This document shows positions 1-8,622 of a stretch of 64,000 bases of DNA, piece by piece. The stretch is from an uncultured Bacteroidales bacterium (GTDB lineage Bacteria; Bacteroidota; Bacteroidia; Bacteroidales; UBA11471). The notes below the pieces were generated by a model. The model did no database searches. It worked only from the letters and a program-made list of their open reading frames with translations, and was not told the DNA's origin. Made by a program: the position numbers and the translations under genes. Location: assembly GCA_947625885.1 (NCBI GenBank), contig CANQQA010000011.1, positions 3,442 through 67,441 on the forward strand, read 5' to 3'. How positions within the stretch are numbered: position 1 is the first letter of the stretch; each line of letters begins with the position of its first letter.

Positions 1-1089
1 CAAACTATCAATGGACGTTATAGTAAATTCAGCCTTTTGCGGTTTAGTTTGTCCGAGATATACCAGCATCTTCTCTGCCTCATCTTCATCAAGTTCAAAA
101 AGCGCACATAAGAACTCTGCTATATCTGCCTTTTTGTTAAGTTTGAAATCTTCACAATCTATTAAATAGCGGTAAAAGGCATCTAACCGCTTGTACAACC
201 TCATTTGAAAATTGTTCTTACCTTTCAGCGTTCCCTTTATCTCGTCTTCCAAGCAATCGTGCAGGTAGATTTCAACTAAATGTTTCCATTTTTCAAAACT
301 TTCATCACCTACGATGTATTGATGTTCGCCGTCTTCTACCTGTTCATTAAAATATAAATAACGACACGAGCTATCGCTTTTATGGGGGATAGGTAAGGAA
401 TAACAATCTTTGTTATTACGTCCTATAAGCGTTATATCGATATTCCCTCGCCGTTGGGTTATTTTAATTTTTTCAAGGTTCTTCATCGTCTGTCTGCAAT
501 TCCTATGCTCCCTATAATAATCCAAAATGTTAGTGCGGTTATTATCTTTCATCGATTTTATTATTAACTTGTGCTTCCGGACTTCATCATAATATAAATG
601 ATACAACAAAAATATAGCATTTCGGCAATACCGTTCTTTACTGCATTTTGCTTGGCATAACACTTTATATGCCGATTTTAATTCAGCCCGGATGTCGCTC
701 TCGCTTTTTCCTGCGGCTTTCGCTTGTTCAATATAAAAAGTTTTGATAGAGTTAGCACAGTTTATTTCTTCGTCGGTTATATATCCTTTAATGTATTTGT
801 TAACCAAGTCATTTATACGTTTAGTTTCCATTCCAGCTAATCGTTTACCTTCCTTTTTCGCCTTTTTACGATTGGTCTTATACTCTTTACGTTCTTTTTT
901 ATCTTGGCATAATTTCCAATTATGGGTAGTATAATTCCTTATATATCGCTTTGCTATAAAAGTTGCTTTGGACGATAAATCTAAGATTGACACCCGAATA
1001 GGTATCTCCTTATCATCAAGTACAACCTCCATAACATTAGCCGGAGCCATTCTCTTTTTAAGTTCTATGTAATTGTATAAGTCTGTCAT
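1..1089 (-). CDS. Hypothetical protein, 5'-complete and 3'-truncated by the window edge (at least 363 aa); element cargo immediately downstream of the integrase
   Basis: I checked the frame codon by codon and it is open for all 363 codons from the ATG at 1087-1089 to position 1. The ORF track omits it because it lacks a stop. It starts 1 nt after the integrase stop. The product is K/E-rich (MTDLYNYIELKKRMAPANVMEVVLDDKEIP...) with no motif I recognise. Confidence 0.6.
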   Translation of the reverse strand, partial: MTDLYNYIELKKRMAPANVMEVVLDDKEIPIRVSILDLSSKATFIAKRYIRNYTTHNWKLCQDKKERKEYKTNRKKAKKEGKRLAGMETKRINDLVNKYIKGYITDEEINCANSIKTFYIEQAKAAGKSESDIRAELKSAYKVLCQAKCSKERYCRNAIFLLYHLYYDEVRKHKLIIKSMKDNNRTNILDYYREHRNCRQTMKNLEKIKITQRRGNIDITLIGRNNKDCYSLPIPHKSDSSCRYLYFNEQVEDGEHQYIVGDESFEKWKHLVEIYLHDCLEDEIKGTLKGKNNFQMRLYKRLDAFYRYLIDCEDFKLNKKADIAEFLCALFELDEDEAEKMLVYLGQTKPQKAEFTITSIDSL

Positions 1090-1090
1090 T

Positions 1091-2413
1091 TTATTCATCT
1101 TCGGGGTTTGTAAAAAGTAATTTATTAAATTTAAGTCGTTGTTTGTCGGAGAATTGACCTTGATAGCCCCGCAATATACGGTTGCCTGTCGTATGACCTA
1201 CTGCCCTGTCTATATAGACATCGCTTATACCGTGATGCGTTAGGGTCGTGATAAAACTATTACGGGCGTATTGTGCCGTAATCTCTTTTATTCCCAGCAC
1301 CTCGCAAGCATAAACAATCGAGGTGCGGATTTGGTCGTTAAAGTCGTGGACGCGGCTATTGATTTGCTTCTCCGATTCTGCGTTGCCTATGATAAACGGG
1401 AATACAAGCTGTCCGTCTTGGTAGTCCGATGCGTACTTGTCAATTAATCGCTTTAATTCGGAAATAATCGGCACACGGATAATCGGCATACTATCTAACC
1501 CGTCCCGCGTGGTTTTGCTTCGCTGGAATGTCAATTCTGGCAATGCGTTTTTGTAATCTTTATTCCATCGCAATTTTGCCGCGTCGATACTATTGCACCC
1601 ATTGAGGCAGTAGAGCAATAACCAATAATCGACCGCTCGTTGCACAACCTCACGTTTATTCTCATCCCAATCTGCCGGCGGCACAAAGTCGCGCAGTTTG
1701 ATTATATCCTCAACGTGCAAATAGTTTTCTTCTCTGCGGCGACCTTTCGGAACAGCAATCTTCGGGACGGTCTGTATAATCTCATCCTCTTTGGCTTGAT
1801 TCAGCACAGCCCGCAAAGCACGAAGGTAAATCGAGCGGGTATCTGCGGAGTGTCCTTGCTCTACCATATATTTATCCCATTCTCGAATAATATTCGCTGT
1901 AATCGCTTTTATCGGCATATCCCTATCTCGAAACTGACGGAACTTTGATAATGCCTGCCGATATTGCTCTTTGGTCTTTTGTGCGACCTTTGACTTGCCC
2001 ACGCTATCCCAATAATTAAAAAGCGTGATTTTGAGCGTGATTGAACGCTTTGAATGCCGTTCTTGCAGAACGTTAAGGCTGAATACACCCTGCTTCTCTA
2101 TCTCTTGGACGGAGCGTACAATATCCTCAAACATTCGAATCAACGAGGCTTTCGGCTCATGATTTCGTCGCATACGCAGCAGCCTGTCATACTCTGCAAG
2201 ATTTACTTTCGTGCCAGAACGAAAGTAGGCACGTTGTCGCTGAAATGTTACCCTCACGGCTATCGGAATATTGCCCTGTTCGAGTGTTGCGTGGCGCACA
2301 TCGAGCGTCAGAGATATAAATACGCCGCTCTTTGTCGTTTCTTCGGCAAGCGTATCAATACCCACCCTATGGGCATCGCTGTTACCGTACACCTGTTTTT
2401 CGTTCCAATTCAT
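1091..2413 (-). CDS. Tyrosine-type site-specific recombinase/integrase (Bacteroides phage-integrase type)
   Basis: The C-terminal catalytic region ...ARNSFITTLTHHGISDVYIDRAVGHTTGNRILRGYQG carries the R...HxxR...Y signature. The N-terminal part is arm-binding-like. I chose the internal ATG at 2411-2413 (MNWNEKQVY...) because the upstream extension to 2572 is hydrophobic junk running into the att region. Confidence 0.85.
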   Translation of the reverse strand: MNWNEKQVYGNSDAHRVGIDTLAEETTKSGVFISLTLDVRHATLEQGNIPIAVRVTFQRQRAYFRSGTKVNLAEYDRLLRMRRNHEPKASLIRMFEDIVRSVQEIEKQGVFSLNVLQERHSKRSITLKITLFNYWDSVGKSKVAQKTKEQYRQALSKFRQFRDRDMPIKAITANIIREWDKYMVEQGHSADTRSIYLRALRAVLNQAKEDEIIQTVPKIAVPKGRRREENYLHVEDIIKLRDFVPPADWDENKREVVQRAVDYWLLLYCLNGCNSIDAAKLRWNKDYKNALPELTFQRSKTTRDGLDSMPIIRVPIISELKRLIDKYASDYQDGQLVFPFIIGNAESEKQINSRVHDFNDQIRTSIVYACEVLGIKEITAQYARNSFITTLTHHGISDVYIDRAVGHTTGNRILRGYQGQFSDKQRLKFNKLLFTNPEDE

Positions 2414-2435
2414 ATCGTCAATCGTTAGTATTTCC

Positions 2436-2474
2436 GTGTTCCGTATTCCAAAAAGCGGAACACAAACGGAACAC
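2436..2474. repeat. GTGTTCCG / CGGAACAC / CGGAACAC motif cluster (one inverted copy plus two direct copies) between the integrase start and the att junction
   Basis: GTGTTCCG lies at 2436-2443, and CGGAACAC at 2456-2463 and 2467-2474. The position is typical of integrase arm-type or operator sites. Confidence 0.45.
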
Positions 2475-2560
2475 GCAATCTGAAACAATACAAAATTACA
2501 AAAAACATTTTGATTCGCAAAATATTTATATACAAATAAGTTACACAAAAATATAGAGCT

Positions 2561-2580
2561 AACGAAAAACAACGAAAAAC
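2561..2580 (+). repeat. Perfect tandem 10-mer (AACGAAAAAC x2) at the element/tRNA-fragment junction
   Basis: Read directly: aacgaaaaac aacgaaaaac. Confidence 0.9.
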
Positions 2581-2588
2581 GCTATAAA

Positions 2589-2635
2589 TCTGCTTTGGGA
2601 GCAGGGGGTCGCGGGTTCGAGTCCCGCCACCCCGA
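2589..2635 (+). pseudogene. 3' fragment of tRNA-Pro(UGG), from the anticodon stem to the discriminator; putative att repeat
   Basis: The anticodon stem is tctgc/gcagg and the loop is tTTGGga (U33, anticodon TGG, G37). The variable loop is gggtc. The T arm is gcggg-ttcgagt-cccgc. The acceptor 3' strand is caccccg followed by A73, which implies the bacterial tRNA-Pro C1:G72 pair. The 26 nt upstream (cgaaaaacaacgaaaaacgctataaa) cannot form a D arm or a 5' acceptor strand. Confidence 0.75.
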
Positions 2636-2861
2636 CGAAATCAAAAAGCGTTGATAATCAATAAAACCTCAAAGATTGTCAGCGCTTTTTTAATGTTATA
2701 TATTTTCATTTTTAGACGCACAAATAATACATTTTAATACCATTTACTACATTTGCACACCAATGCGCGTGCAAGATATGTGCAAGGAAAATGATAACAA
2801 TATCGCTTTATTTAGATACCAGAGGAAACAAAAAAGATACCCCGTTAAAAATTGCCCCTCT

Positions 2862-3860
2862 TTAATGCCTATTTTTTATTTCCGTTTCTAATTCTTTCAG
2901 TTGTTCCATATCTTCACAATCTGCCTCAATGGCTTCTCGTCGTTTGCGCCGAGCATTGAATTCCTCATATACTCTATATGCAAATTCTTCCTTTTGACTT
3001 TTCGCAATTGTCCCCGCATTGGAAAGCAACGGTTGATCGTTCGACAATAATATATTATCAACATTTTCTCGCCAAAAATTCATTGTGAGGTCTTTTCGAC
3101 TCTTAACCCTAAATTCGGCAGTTTCCAAGAATATCACTACTAATCGGTTCAAAGAATCCAATTCGTCGTGTGTCAAATAGTTTTTTGCTATAATTACATC
3201 TTGTTTTCGTACTACCGAACCTTTCCAAGAGGTCAGTCCCATATTCGGTGCATCTACATCGGCTCTATTCATAACGATTTCTGCGGAAGTAAGACCAGTT
3301 ACAGCATATAATAATTTATTTTGTGTTTCGGCATAAAACATCTGCGTTGCTTTGTCCGATTTATCATAATCACTGCTCAGAGCAAACAAATCACGCACCT
3401 TTTGATAAAAACGTTTTTCGGACGCTCTAATTTCGCGTATTCGTTCAAGAAGTTCATCGAAATAGTCCGGGCGTCCGTCAGGATTTTTCAAGCGTTCATC
3501 GTCGATTACAAAACCTTTTCGCAAATATTCGGATAGGTTTCTGTTCGCCCATTGGCGAAATTGAACACCACGAATAGAGCGTACGCGAAAGCCCACTGCC
3601 ATAATCATTTCCAAAGAATAGAATTTGACTTGATACGGTTTGCCGTCGGTGGCAGTTGTTAAGTAATTCTTAATAACTGAATCCGGATTTAATTCATTAT
3701 CTTTTAATATGTTACTTATATGCTGGCTAATATTGGGTATTGAGGTGTCAAAAAGTTCTGCTAACTGCCCTTGATTGAGCCAGACCGAGCCATCGCGCGC
3801 CATTAGTGCAACTCGACTTTTTCCGTCAGCAGATTTGTATAGTATTAATTCTTGTGCCAT
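2862..3860 (-). CDS. RhuM-family (virulence-associated) protein
   Basis: The N-terminus LILYKSADGKSRVALMARDGSVWLNQGQLAELFDTSIPNISQHISNI... and the overall length match my memory of RhuM/PF13310-type proteins. It has an ATG start and lies in AT-rich DNA. Confidence 0.7.
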   Translation of the reverse strand: MAQELILYKSADGKSRVALMARDGSVWLNQGQLAELFDTSIPNISQHISNILKDNELNPDSVIKNYLTTATDGKPYQVKFYSLEMIMAVGFRVRSIRGVQFRQWANRNLSEYLRKGFVIDDERLKNPDGRPDYFDELLERIREIRASEKRFYQKVRDLFALSSDYDKSDKATQMFYAETQNKLLYAVTGLTSAEIVMNRADVDAPNMGLTSWKGSVVRKQDVIIAKNYLTHDELDSLNRLVVIFLETAEFRVKSRKDLTMNFWRENVDNILLSNDQPLLSNAGTIAKSQKEEFAYRVYEEFNARRKRREAIEADCEDMEQLKELETEIKNRH

Positions 3861-4227
3861 ACTTCCTTATTTTAATACTTTTTATTTTCGTTTCACCGAA
3901 ATTACAGAACAGCTGCAACTTTGCGAATTTTATCCAGCCGTTGCATAAACATTACTTCCATACTATATTTCTTGCTACGTTTTTCCACAAATATACTTTC
4001 TTTTTCGATATTAACCAAAAAGCAAATTTTTATAGGAAGAAAGAATCCGGACGAATAACAAGAATATTTCTATAAAGGTTTTACTTTCAACCGATAGAGT
4101 ATCAAGAGGAGCACAAGCGCCTTTTATTTGTCAATTATTATTAGCAACCAAACAGCGACAACAAAACTTTCCTTTTTATCGCGTGTTTATGTGTATATCG
4201 AATTTTCATTTCTAATCATAAACACGT

Positions 4228-5565
4228 ATGAAAAAAGTTTTCTTCATTTTTTCTATTGTCCTTTGCGCGTTCGCCGCACAAGCGCAGCGCAACGGCGAAA
4301 TCGAAATCATCGACATCGACCCCGCAACGGGCGACAGCGTATATCATGCACCGTCGTCGGTCGTGGTGCTGTACGACACGCGCCCGATATTTCCACGTCG
4401 CAACCCCGCCATGCCGGTCGGCAACCCTCCCACCGACTTGTTCCTGCGTATGGAACGGCAGTTTCAAGACCCGCGCGCCCCGCGCTTCATTCTCATCAAC
4501 CGTAAGGGTACGGCGGCGCTCGGCATCGGCGGATATGTAAAAGGCTCGATGTCGGTCGATTTTCGCGGTATGGCAGACAGCAAAGATTTTATTACCTATA
4601 CCATTCCCACGCCCAATAACCCGGCTCAAAACGGACAATTCCAAATGGACGCTTCGACCTCCCGACTCTTTCTCTCTTTGGTCGGAAACAACCGCATCAT
4701 GGGCAATTACACCGTATATCTCGAAAGCAATTTTCGCGGCGGAAACGGCAGCTACACCCTGCAACTGCGACAAGCCTTCATCGACATGCGGAGCGTAAAA
4801 GCCGGTCTGGCATGGAGTACATTCACCGACGTGGCAGCTTGCCCGCCCACCATCGACTTTCAAGGTCCGTGCGGATTGGTGAGCGCACGCAACGTCATGT
4901 TGCAATATCACCCCTCGCTCGGCAGACACTGGAGCATAGCGGTCGCCGTGGAAGCACCGTCGGCGACGATGACCACACGGTCGCAGCAAAGCGAATACAT
5001 CACCCAGCGTATGCCCGATATTCCGCTTTACCTACAATACGGCTGGGACGAAACAAACAGCCACGTACGGGTGTCGGGCATCTTGCGCGGACTCTCCTAC
5101 CGCAACCTGCTCACCGAAAAGAACAAAATGCAACTCGGCTGGGGCGTGCAACTGAGCGGAGTCGCCAACATATCGCACCGGCTTACGATATATGGCGATG
5201 CCGTTTACGGGAACGGCATCGAAGAGTATATCAACGATTTGGGCGGCTACGGGTTCGACCTCGTGCCGGCAGCATCGGCAGGCAGCCTCACCGCCCCCGC
5301 CGTATGGGGCGCCACCGGCGGCGTACAGGTAAACATCTCACCCCGTATGTTTGCATCGGTATCGTACAGCCAATGCCGTATGTACGACGGCGTACTCGCT
5401 CCCGAAACCTACCGGTATGCCCAATACGTCGTGGGGAACCTTTTCTACAACATTACGAAAGACTGCCAGATAGGCATCGAATATCTTTATGGGCGACGCA
5501 TCGATCGCGACGACAGTAGCGGACATGCCAACCGCCTCAACGCCGCCATACAATACAACTTCTAA
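4228..5565 (+). CDS. Putative outer-membrane beta-barrel porin
   Basis: It has the signal peptide MKKVFFIFSIVLCAFAAQAQ, alternating beta-strand-like sequence, and a C-terminal ...AAIQYNF with terminal Phe typical of OMPs. Confidence 0.6.
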   Translation: MKKVFFIFSIVLCAFAAQAQRNGEIEIIDIDPATGDSVYHAPSSVVVLYDTRPIFPRRNPAMPVGNPPTDLFLRMERQFQDPRAPRFILINRKGTAALGIGGYVKGSMSVDFRGMADSKDFITYTIPTPNNPAQNGQFQMDASTSRLFLSLVGNNRIMGNYTVYLESNFRGGNGSYTLQLRQAFIDMRSVKAGLAWSTFTDVAACPPTIDFQGPCGLVSARNVMLQYHPSLGRHWSIAVAVEAPSATMTTRSQQSEYITQRMPDIPLYLQYGWDETNSHVRVSGILRGLSYRNLLTEKNKMQLGWGVQLSGVANISHRLTIYGDAVYGNGIEEYINDLGGYGFDLVPAASAGSLTAPAVWGATGGVQVNISPRMFASVSYSQCRMYDGVLAPETYRYAQYVVGNLFYNITKDCQIGIEYLYGRRIDRDDSSGHANRLNAAIQYNF

Positions 5566-5732
5566 TCTCCGGATAGCGACTGTCCACACCTCTTTTCTAC
5601 GCAAAAATCCGACAGCATAAGCTGCCGGATTTTTTTGTGCGGTTATTTACATATTAAAATCAAGCTGTTAAAAAATCGTAGTGAAAAAATATTTTAATCT
5701 AAAAAATGTTTTCACGAACAATTATTATTTTT

Positions 5733-5740
5733 TATCTTTG
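5733..5740 (+). promoter_or_regulatory. Bacteroidota -7 promoter box (TAtcTTTG)
   Basis: It matches the TAnnTTTG consensus 59 nt upstream of the ATG at 5799. It lies inside the long version of the ORF, which supports the internal start. Confidence 0.45.
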
Positions 5741-5798
5741 CGCCGATTTATCTGAGTTGCCGTATGATTCTGTAAATTCCATATTAATATATTCCGTC

Positions 5799-6686
5799 AT
5801 GCAAAAAATCATCGCGATTCTTCGGGTTCTACGACTGCATCAGTGGGTAAAAAATGCCTTTGTATTTCTGCCGCTGTTTTTCGTCGGCAACTTGTTCGAT
5901 GCCGGCGAGTTTGTCGTAACGCTGTCGGTATTTTTCGCATTTTCATTTGCCGCAAGTGCTATTTACTGCCTCAACGACATCATCGACATCGAAGCCGACC
6001 GCACCCACCCCAAGAAATGCACACGCCCCTTTGCAAGCGGCATTCTGTCGAAAAATACGGGGTGGACTATCATGGTCTGTCTGCTTATGCTGTCGGGGGC
6101 AGTCGAAATTTTGTTCGGCGGAATACATTTTATTCCTGTATTGTCGGTCATTATAGCATACATCATTCTCAACATCGCCTACTGTCTCAAACTGAAAAGA
6201 GTTGCCATTGCCGACGTATTTATCGTATCATTGGGCTTTGTTTTTCGGATTTTGGCAGGCTCCCTCGCCACCCAAACACCGCTGTCGCACTGGATTGTTT
6301 TGATGACATTCCTGCTGGCTCTCTTTCTGGCGTTTGCCAAGCGTCGGGACGACGTGCTGATTTACAATGAATCGGGCGTAAAAGTACGCAAGAATGTTTC
6401 CCGATTCAATCTTGCTTTTCTCGATGCCTCCATTGTCATCGTTGCCACCATGACAATGGTCTGCTATATCATGTACTCGGTCAGTCCGGAAGTGATGCAG
6501 CGGTTGGGTTCCGAGCATCTGTATGTAACAAGCGTTTTCGTATTGCTGGGTATGCTCCGCTATTTGCAGCGGATTCTGGTCGATGGCGCCAGCGGCAGCC
6601 CGACACAGATTCTGTTGAAAGATCGCTTTATACAATTTACCATTGCCGGCTGGATTGCGGCATTTTGTGTCATCATCTATTTATAG
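5799..6686 (+). CDS. UbiA-family prenyltransferase, decaprenyl-phosphate phosphoribosyltransferase-like
   Basis: LRLHQWVKNAFVFLPLFF... and the Asp-rich motif YCLNDIIDIEADRTHPKK (NDxxDxxxD) are present, and the protein is polytopic. Confidence 0.7.
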   Translation: MQKIIAILRVLRLHQWVKNAFVFLPLFFVGNLFDAGEFVVTLSVFFAFSFAASAIYCLNDIIDIEADRTHPKKCTRPFASGILSKNTGWTIMVCLLMLSGAVEILFGGIHFIPVLSVIIAYIILNIAYCLKLKRVAIADVFIVSLGFVFRILAGSLATQTPLSHWIVLMTFLLALFLAFAKRRDDVLIYNESGVKVRKNVSRFNLAFLDASIVIVATMTMVCYIMYSVSPEVMQRLGSEHLYVTSVFVLLGMLRYLQRILVDGASGSPTQILLKDRFIQFTIAGWIAAFCVIIYL

Positions 6687-6689
6687 GCA

Positions 6690-7274
6690 ATGCGTACGAT
6701 AGCGGCGTTCGACTTCGACGGTACCTTGACGGTGCGAGACACATTTCCGGCATTTATCCGTTTCAGCTGCGGCGTTTGCCGCTTCGTCGCGGGATTCGCA
6801 CTTTTCTCCCCGATATTAGTGGCGATGAAAGCCGGGCTCTACCCCAACTGGAAAGCCAAACAGCGGGTTTTCTCCCATTTCTTCAAGGGAATGCCGGTCG
6901 AACACTTCGACACGCAGTGCGAGGCATTTTGCCGCGAACGGCTGCCTCGTATATTGCGCCATTCGCTGTTACGCACGGTGGCGGAGTATGCCGAGCGGCA
7001 GTATGAATTGTGCATTGTCAGCGCTTCGGTCGATCGCTGGATTCGTCCGTGGGCGGAAACCGTCGGATTCTCCCGATTGCTGTGTACGGAAATCGAAGTC
7101 GAAAACGGCATACTGACCGGACGTTTCACCACGCCGAACTGCTACGGCGCAGAAAAAGTAAACCGGCTGAAAACGGCATATCCCGACCGACAGGAATATC
7201 ATCTGATCGCCTACGGCGACAGTCGCGGCGATCGGGAAATGCTGGCTTATGCAGACGAACATTATTTATTGTAA
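6690..7274 (+). CDS. HAD-IB superfamily phosphatase
   Basis: HAD motif I is AAFDFDGTLT and motif IV is YGDSRGDREML. The gene starts 3 nt after the UbiA-family gene. Confidence 0.75.
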   Translation: MRTIAAFDFDGTLTVRDTFPAFIRFSCGVCRFVAGFALFSPILVAMKAGLYPNWKAKQRVFSHFFKGMPVEHFDTQCEAFCRERLPRILRHSLLRTVAEYAERQYELCIVSASVDRWIRPWAETVGFSRLLCTEIEVENGILTGRFTTPNCYGAEKVNRLKTAYPDRQEYHLIAYGDSRGDREMLAYADEHYLL

Positions 7275-7280
7275 ACGAAT

Positions 7281-7640
7281 ATGATAAACATTTTATTGAT
7301 TTTGGCAAGCGTACTGTTGAACAGTGCGGCTCAGATTCTCATGCGGAAAGGCATGATGGTCGTCGGGGAAGTGCATATCTCCAACGCGATGCAGATGCTG
7401 ATACCGATGATTACCAACATTTGGTTATGGTTGTGTATGGTGTGCTATGCCGTCAGTATTTTCCTGTGGATGGCAGTTTTGTCGAAAGTGGAAGTCAGCT
7501 ATGCGTATCCGTTTTTGAGTGTCGGCTACATTGTCGCCGCCGTTGCCGGATATTATTTTTTCGGCGAAAATATCAGTCTGATCCGAGTCATCGGAATCGG
7601 CGTAATTTGTTTAGGAGTATTTTTAATATCGAGGAGTTAA
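7281..7640 (+). CDS. Small 4-TM EamA/SMR-like membrane protein (ArnE/ArnF-like candidate lipid-linked sugar flippase)
   Basis: It is 119 aa and entirely hydrophobic with about four helices: MINILLILASVLLNSAAQILMRKG...VIGIGVICLGVFLISRS. Confidence 0.6.
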   Translation: MINILLILASVLLNSAAQILMRKGMMVVGEVHISNAMQMLIPMITNIWLWLCMVCYAVSIFLWMAVLSKVEVSYAYPFLSVGYIVAAVAGYYFFGENISLIRVIGIGVICLGVFLISRS

Positions 7641-7641
7641 T

Positions 7642-8615
7642 ATGAAATATTACATTATCGGAGGCAACGGCTTCGTCGGTCGATATTTAGCCAAAGAATT
7701 GGCACGGCTGAATCGGGAAGTCGTAGTATGCGACCTTCAACCCTGTTCGCATGAAATGATTCCCGCCGAATGTACCTACCGGCAAGTGGATATACGCAGT
7801 AAGGAAAGCCTTGAATATCTGTTTGAAAATCAAGGGGGGGGGATTTTATCGTTATAAATCTTGCTGCAAATCAGTATCATACGAAGGTTCCTCGTCGCGC
7901 AAAAGAATATTTTTTCAGCGTCAATACGACAGGAACATCTAATTTGCTGGAAGTAATATACGAAAAAGGCTGTCGAAAATTTCTCATGTTTACAACGGAT
8001 ATGACATACGGCAAACCGGAATATCTGCCGGTGGATACCCGCCACCCGCAACGCCCGTTCGGACCTTACGGAGAGAGCAAGAAAGCGGCGGAGGATATAT
8101 GCCGCCGTTACCGCGAAAAAGGTATGAACATCACCATCATGCGACCGCGAATGATCAACGGTCCCGGACGGACTGGCATCTTGATCAAGCTCTTCAAACT
8201 GATCGACCGGAATCTGCCTGTACCCACCATCGGAAACGGGAAGAACCATTACCAGATGGTTTCGGTATTCGATTGCGTATCGGCTGCCATTGCGGCAATA
8301 GACAAAGGCTTTCCGAACAAGGAGTATAATCTGGGCTCGGAATCGTCGCCCGACATTCGCCATTTGTTGCAGGGCGTAATTCGCGATGCCGGCTCCCACT
8401 CCTTCGTACTGCCTACGCCCGGACGGCTCGTCAAATTCATTCTCGGAATATTCGCCTCGCTCGGAATGCCTATCATGTACAAAGAACAGTATATGATTGC
8501 CGACGAAGAATATGTGCTGGACATTTCCGAAACCGTCCGTGATTTGGATTGGCGCCCCCGCTACAACGACGAAGATATGCTGAAAGAAGCCTATCGAATG
8601 TATAAACAAAAATAG
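7642..8615 (+). pseudogene. NAD-dependent epimerase/dehydratase (SDR) interrupted by a frameshift at a G9 homopolymer
   Basis: The N-terminal Rossmann part (IIGGNGFVGRYL) terminates at the TAA at 7855-7857. The other frame is open from 7842 (DFIVINLAANQYH...) and contains the catalytic YGESK (YxxxK). A G10 or G7 tract would give one ORF of about 324 aa. Confidence 0.8.
7834..7842 (+). repeat. Poly-G (G9) homopolymer inside the SDR epimerase gene
   Basis: Counted directly: caa ggggggggg att. Confidence 0.95.
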
Positions 8616-8622
8616 TATCATT

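Larger units (their letters stand above)
1..2635. mobile_element. Right-hand end of an integrative element inserted at tRNA-Pro; continues past the left window edge
   Basis: A tyrosine integrase and a co-directional cargo ORF directly abut a 47-nt 3' fragment of tRNA-Pro (2589-2635). The tRNA 5' half is replaced by AT-rich non-tRNA sequence. Composition is AT-rich compared with the core DNA further right. Confidence 0.6.

Noticed and set aside
2562-2637. An intact tRNA gene adjacent to the integrase
   Set aside because: Only the 3' 47 nt fold as tRNA. The 26 nt upstream cannot pair with the acceptor 3' strand or form a D arm, so it is called a fragment (att repeat).
3806-4505. Small ORFs in the RhuM-porin spacer (3806-4075 and 4128-4505)
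   Set aside because: The translations are low-complexity and AT-rich, or overlap the porin gene out of frame. There is no support.
5706-5798. N-terminal extensions of several track ORFs (5706, 2572, 20374, 20416, 25438, 28490, 30483, 37064, 40704, 50756, 57226, 58218)
   Set aside because: The extensions precede obvious signal peptides or conserved family N-termini. They overlap upstream genes or contain the candidate promoter box. Internal ATGs were verified in the sequence and used instead.
7830-8621. A 263-aa minus-strand ORF
   Set aside because: It is antisense to the frameshifted SDR epimerase, whose two parts together give a complete SDR with Rossmann and YxxxK motifs.
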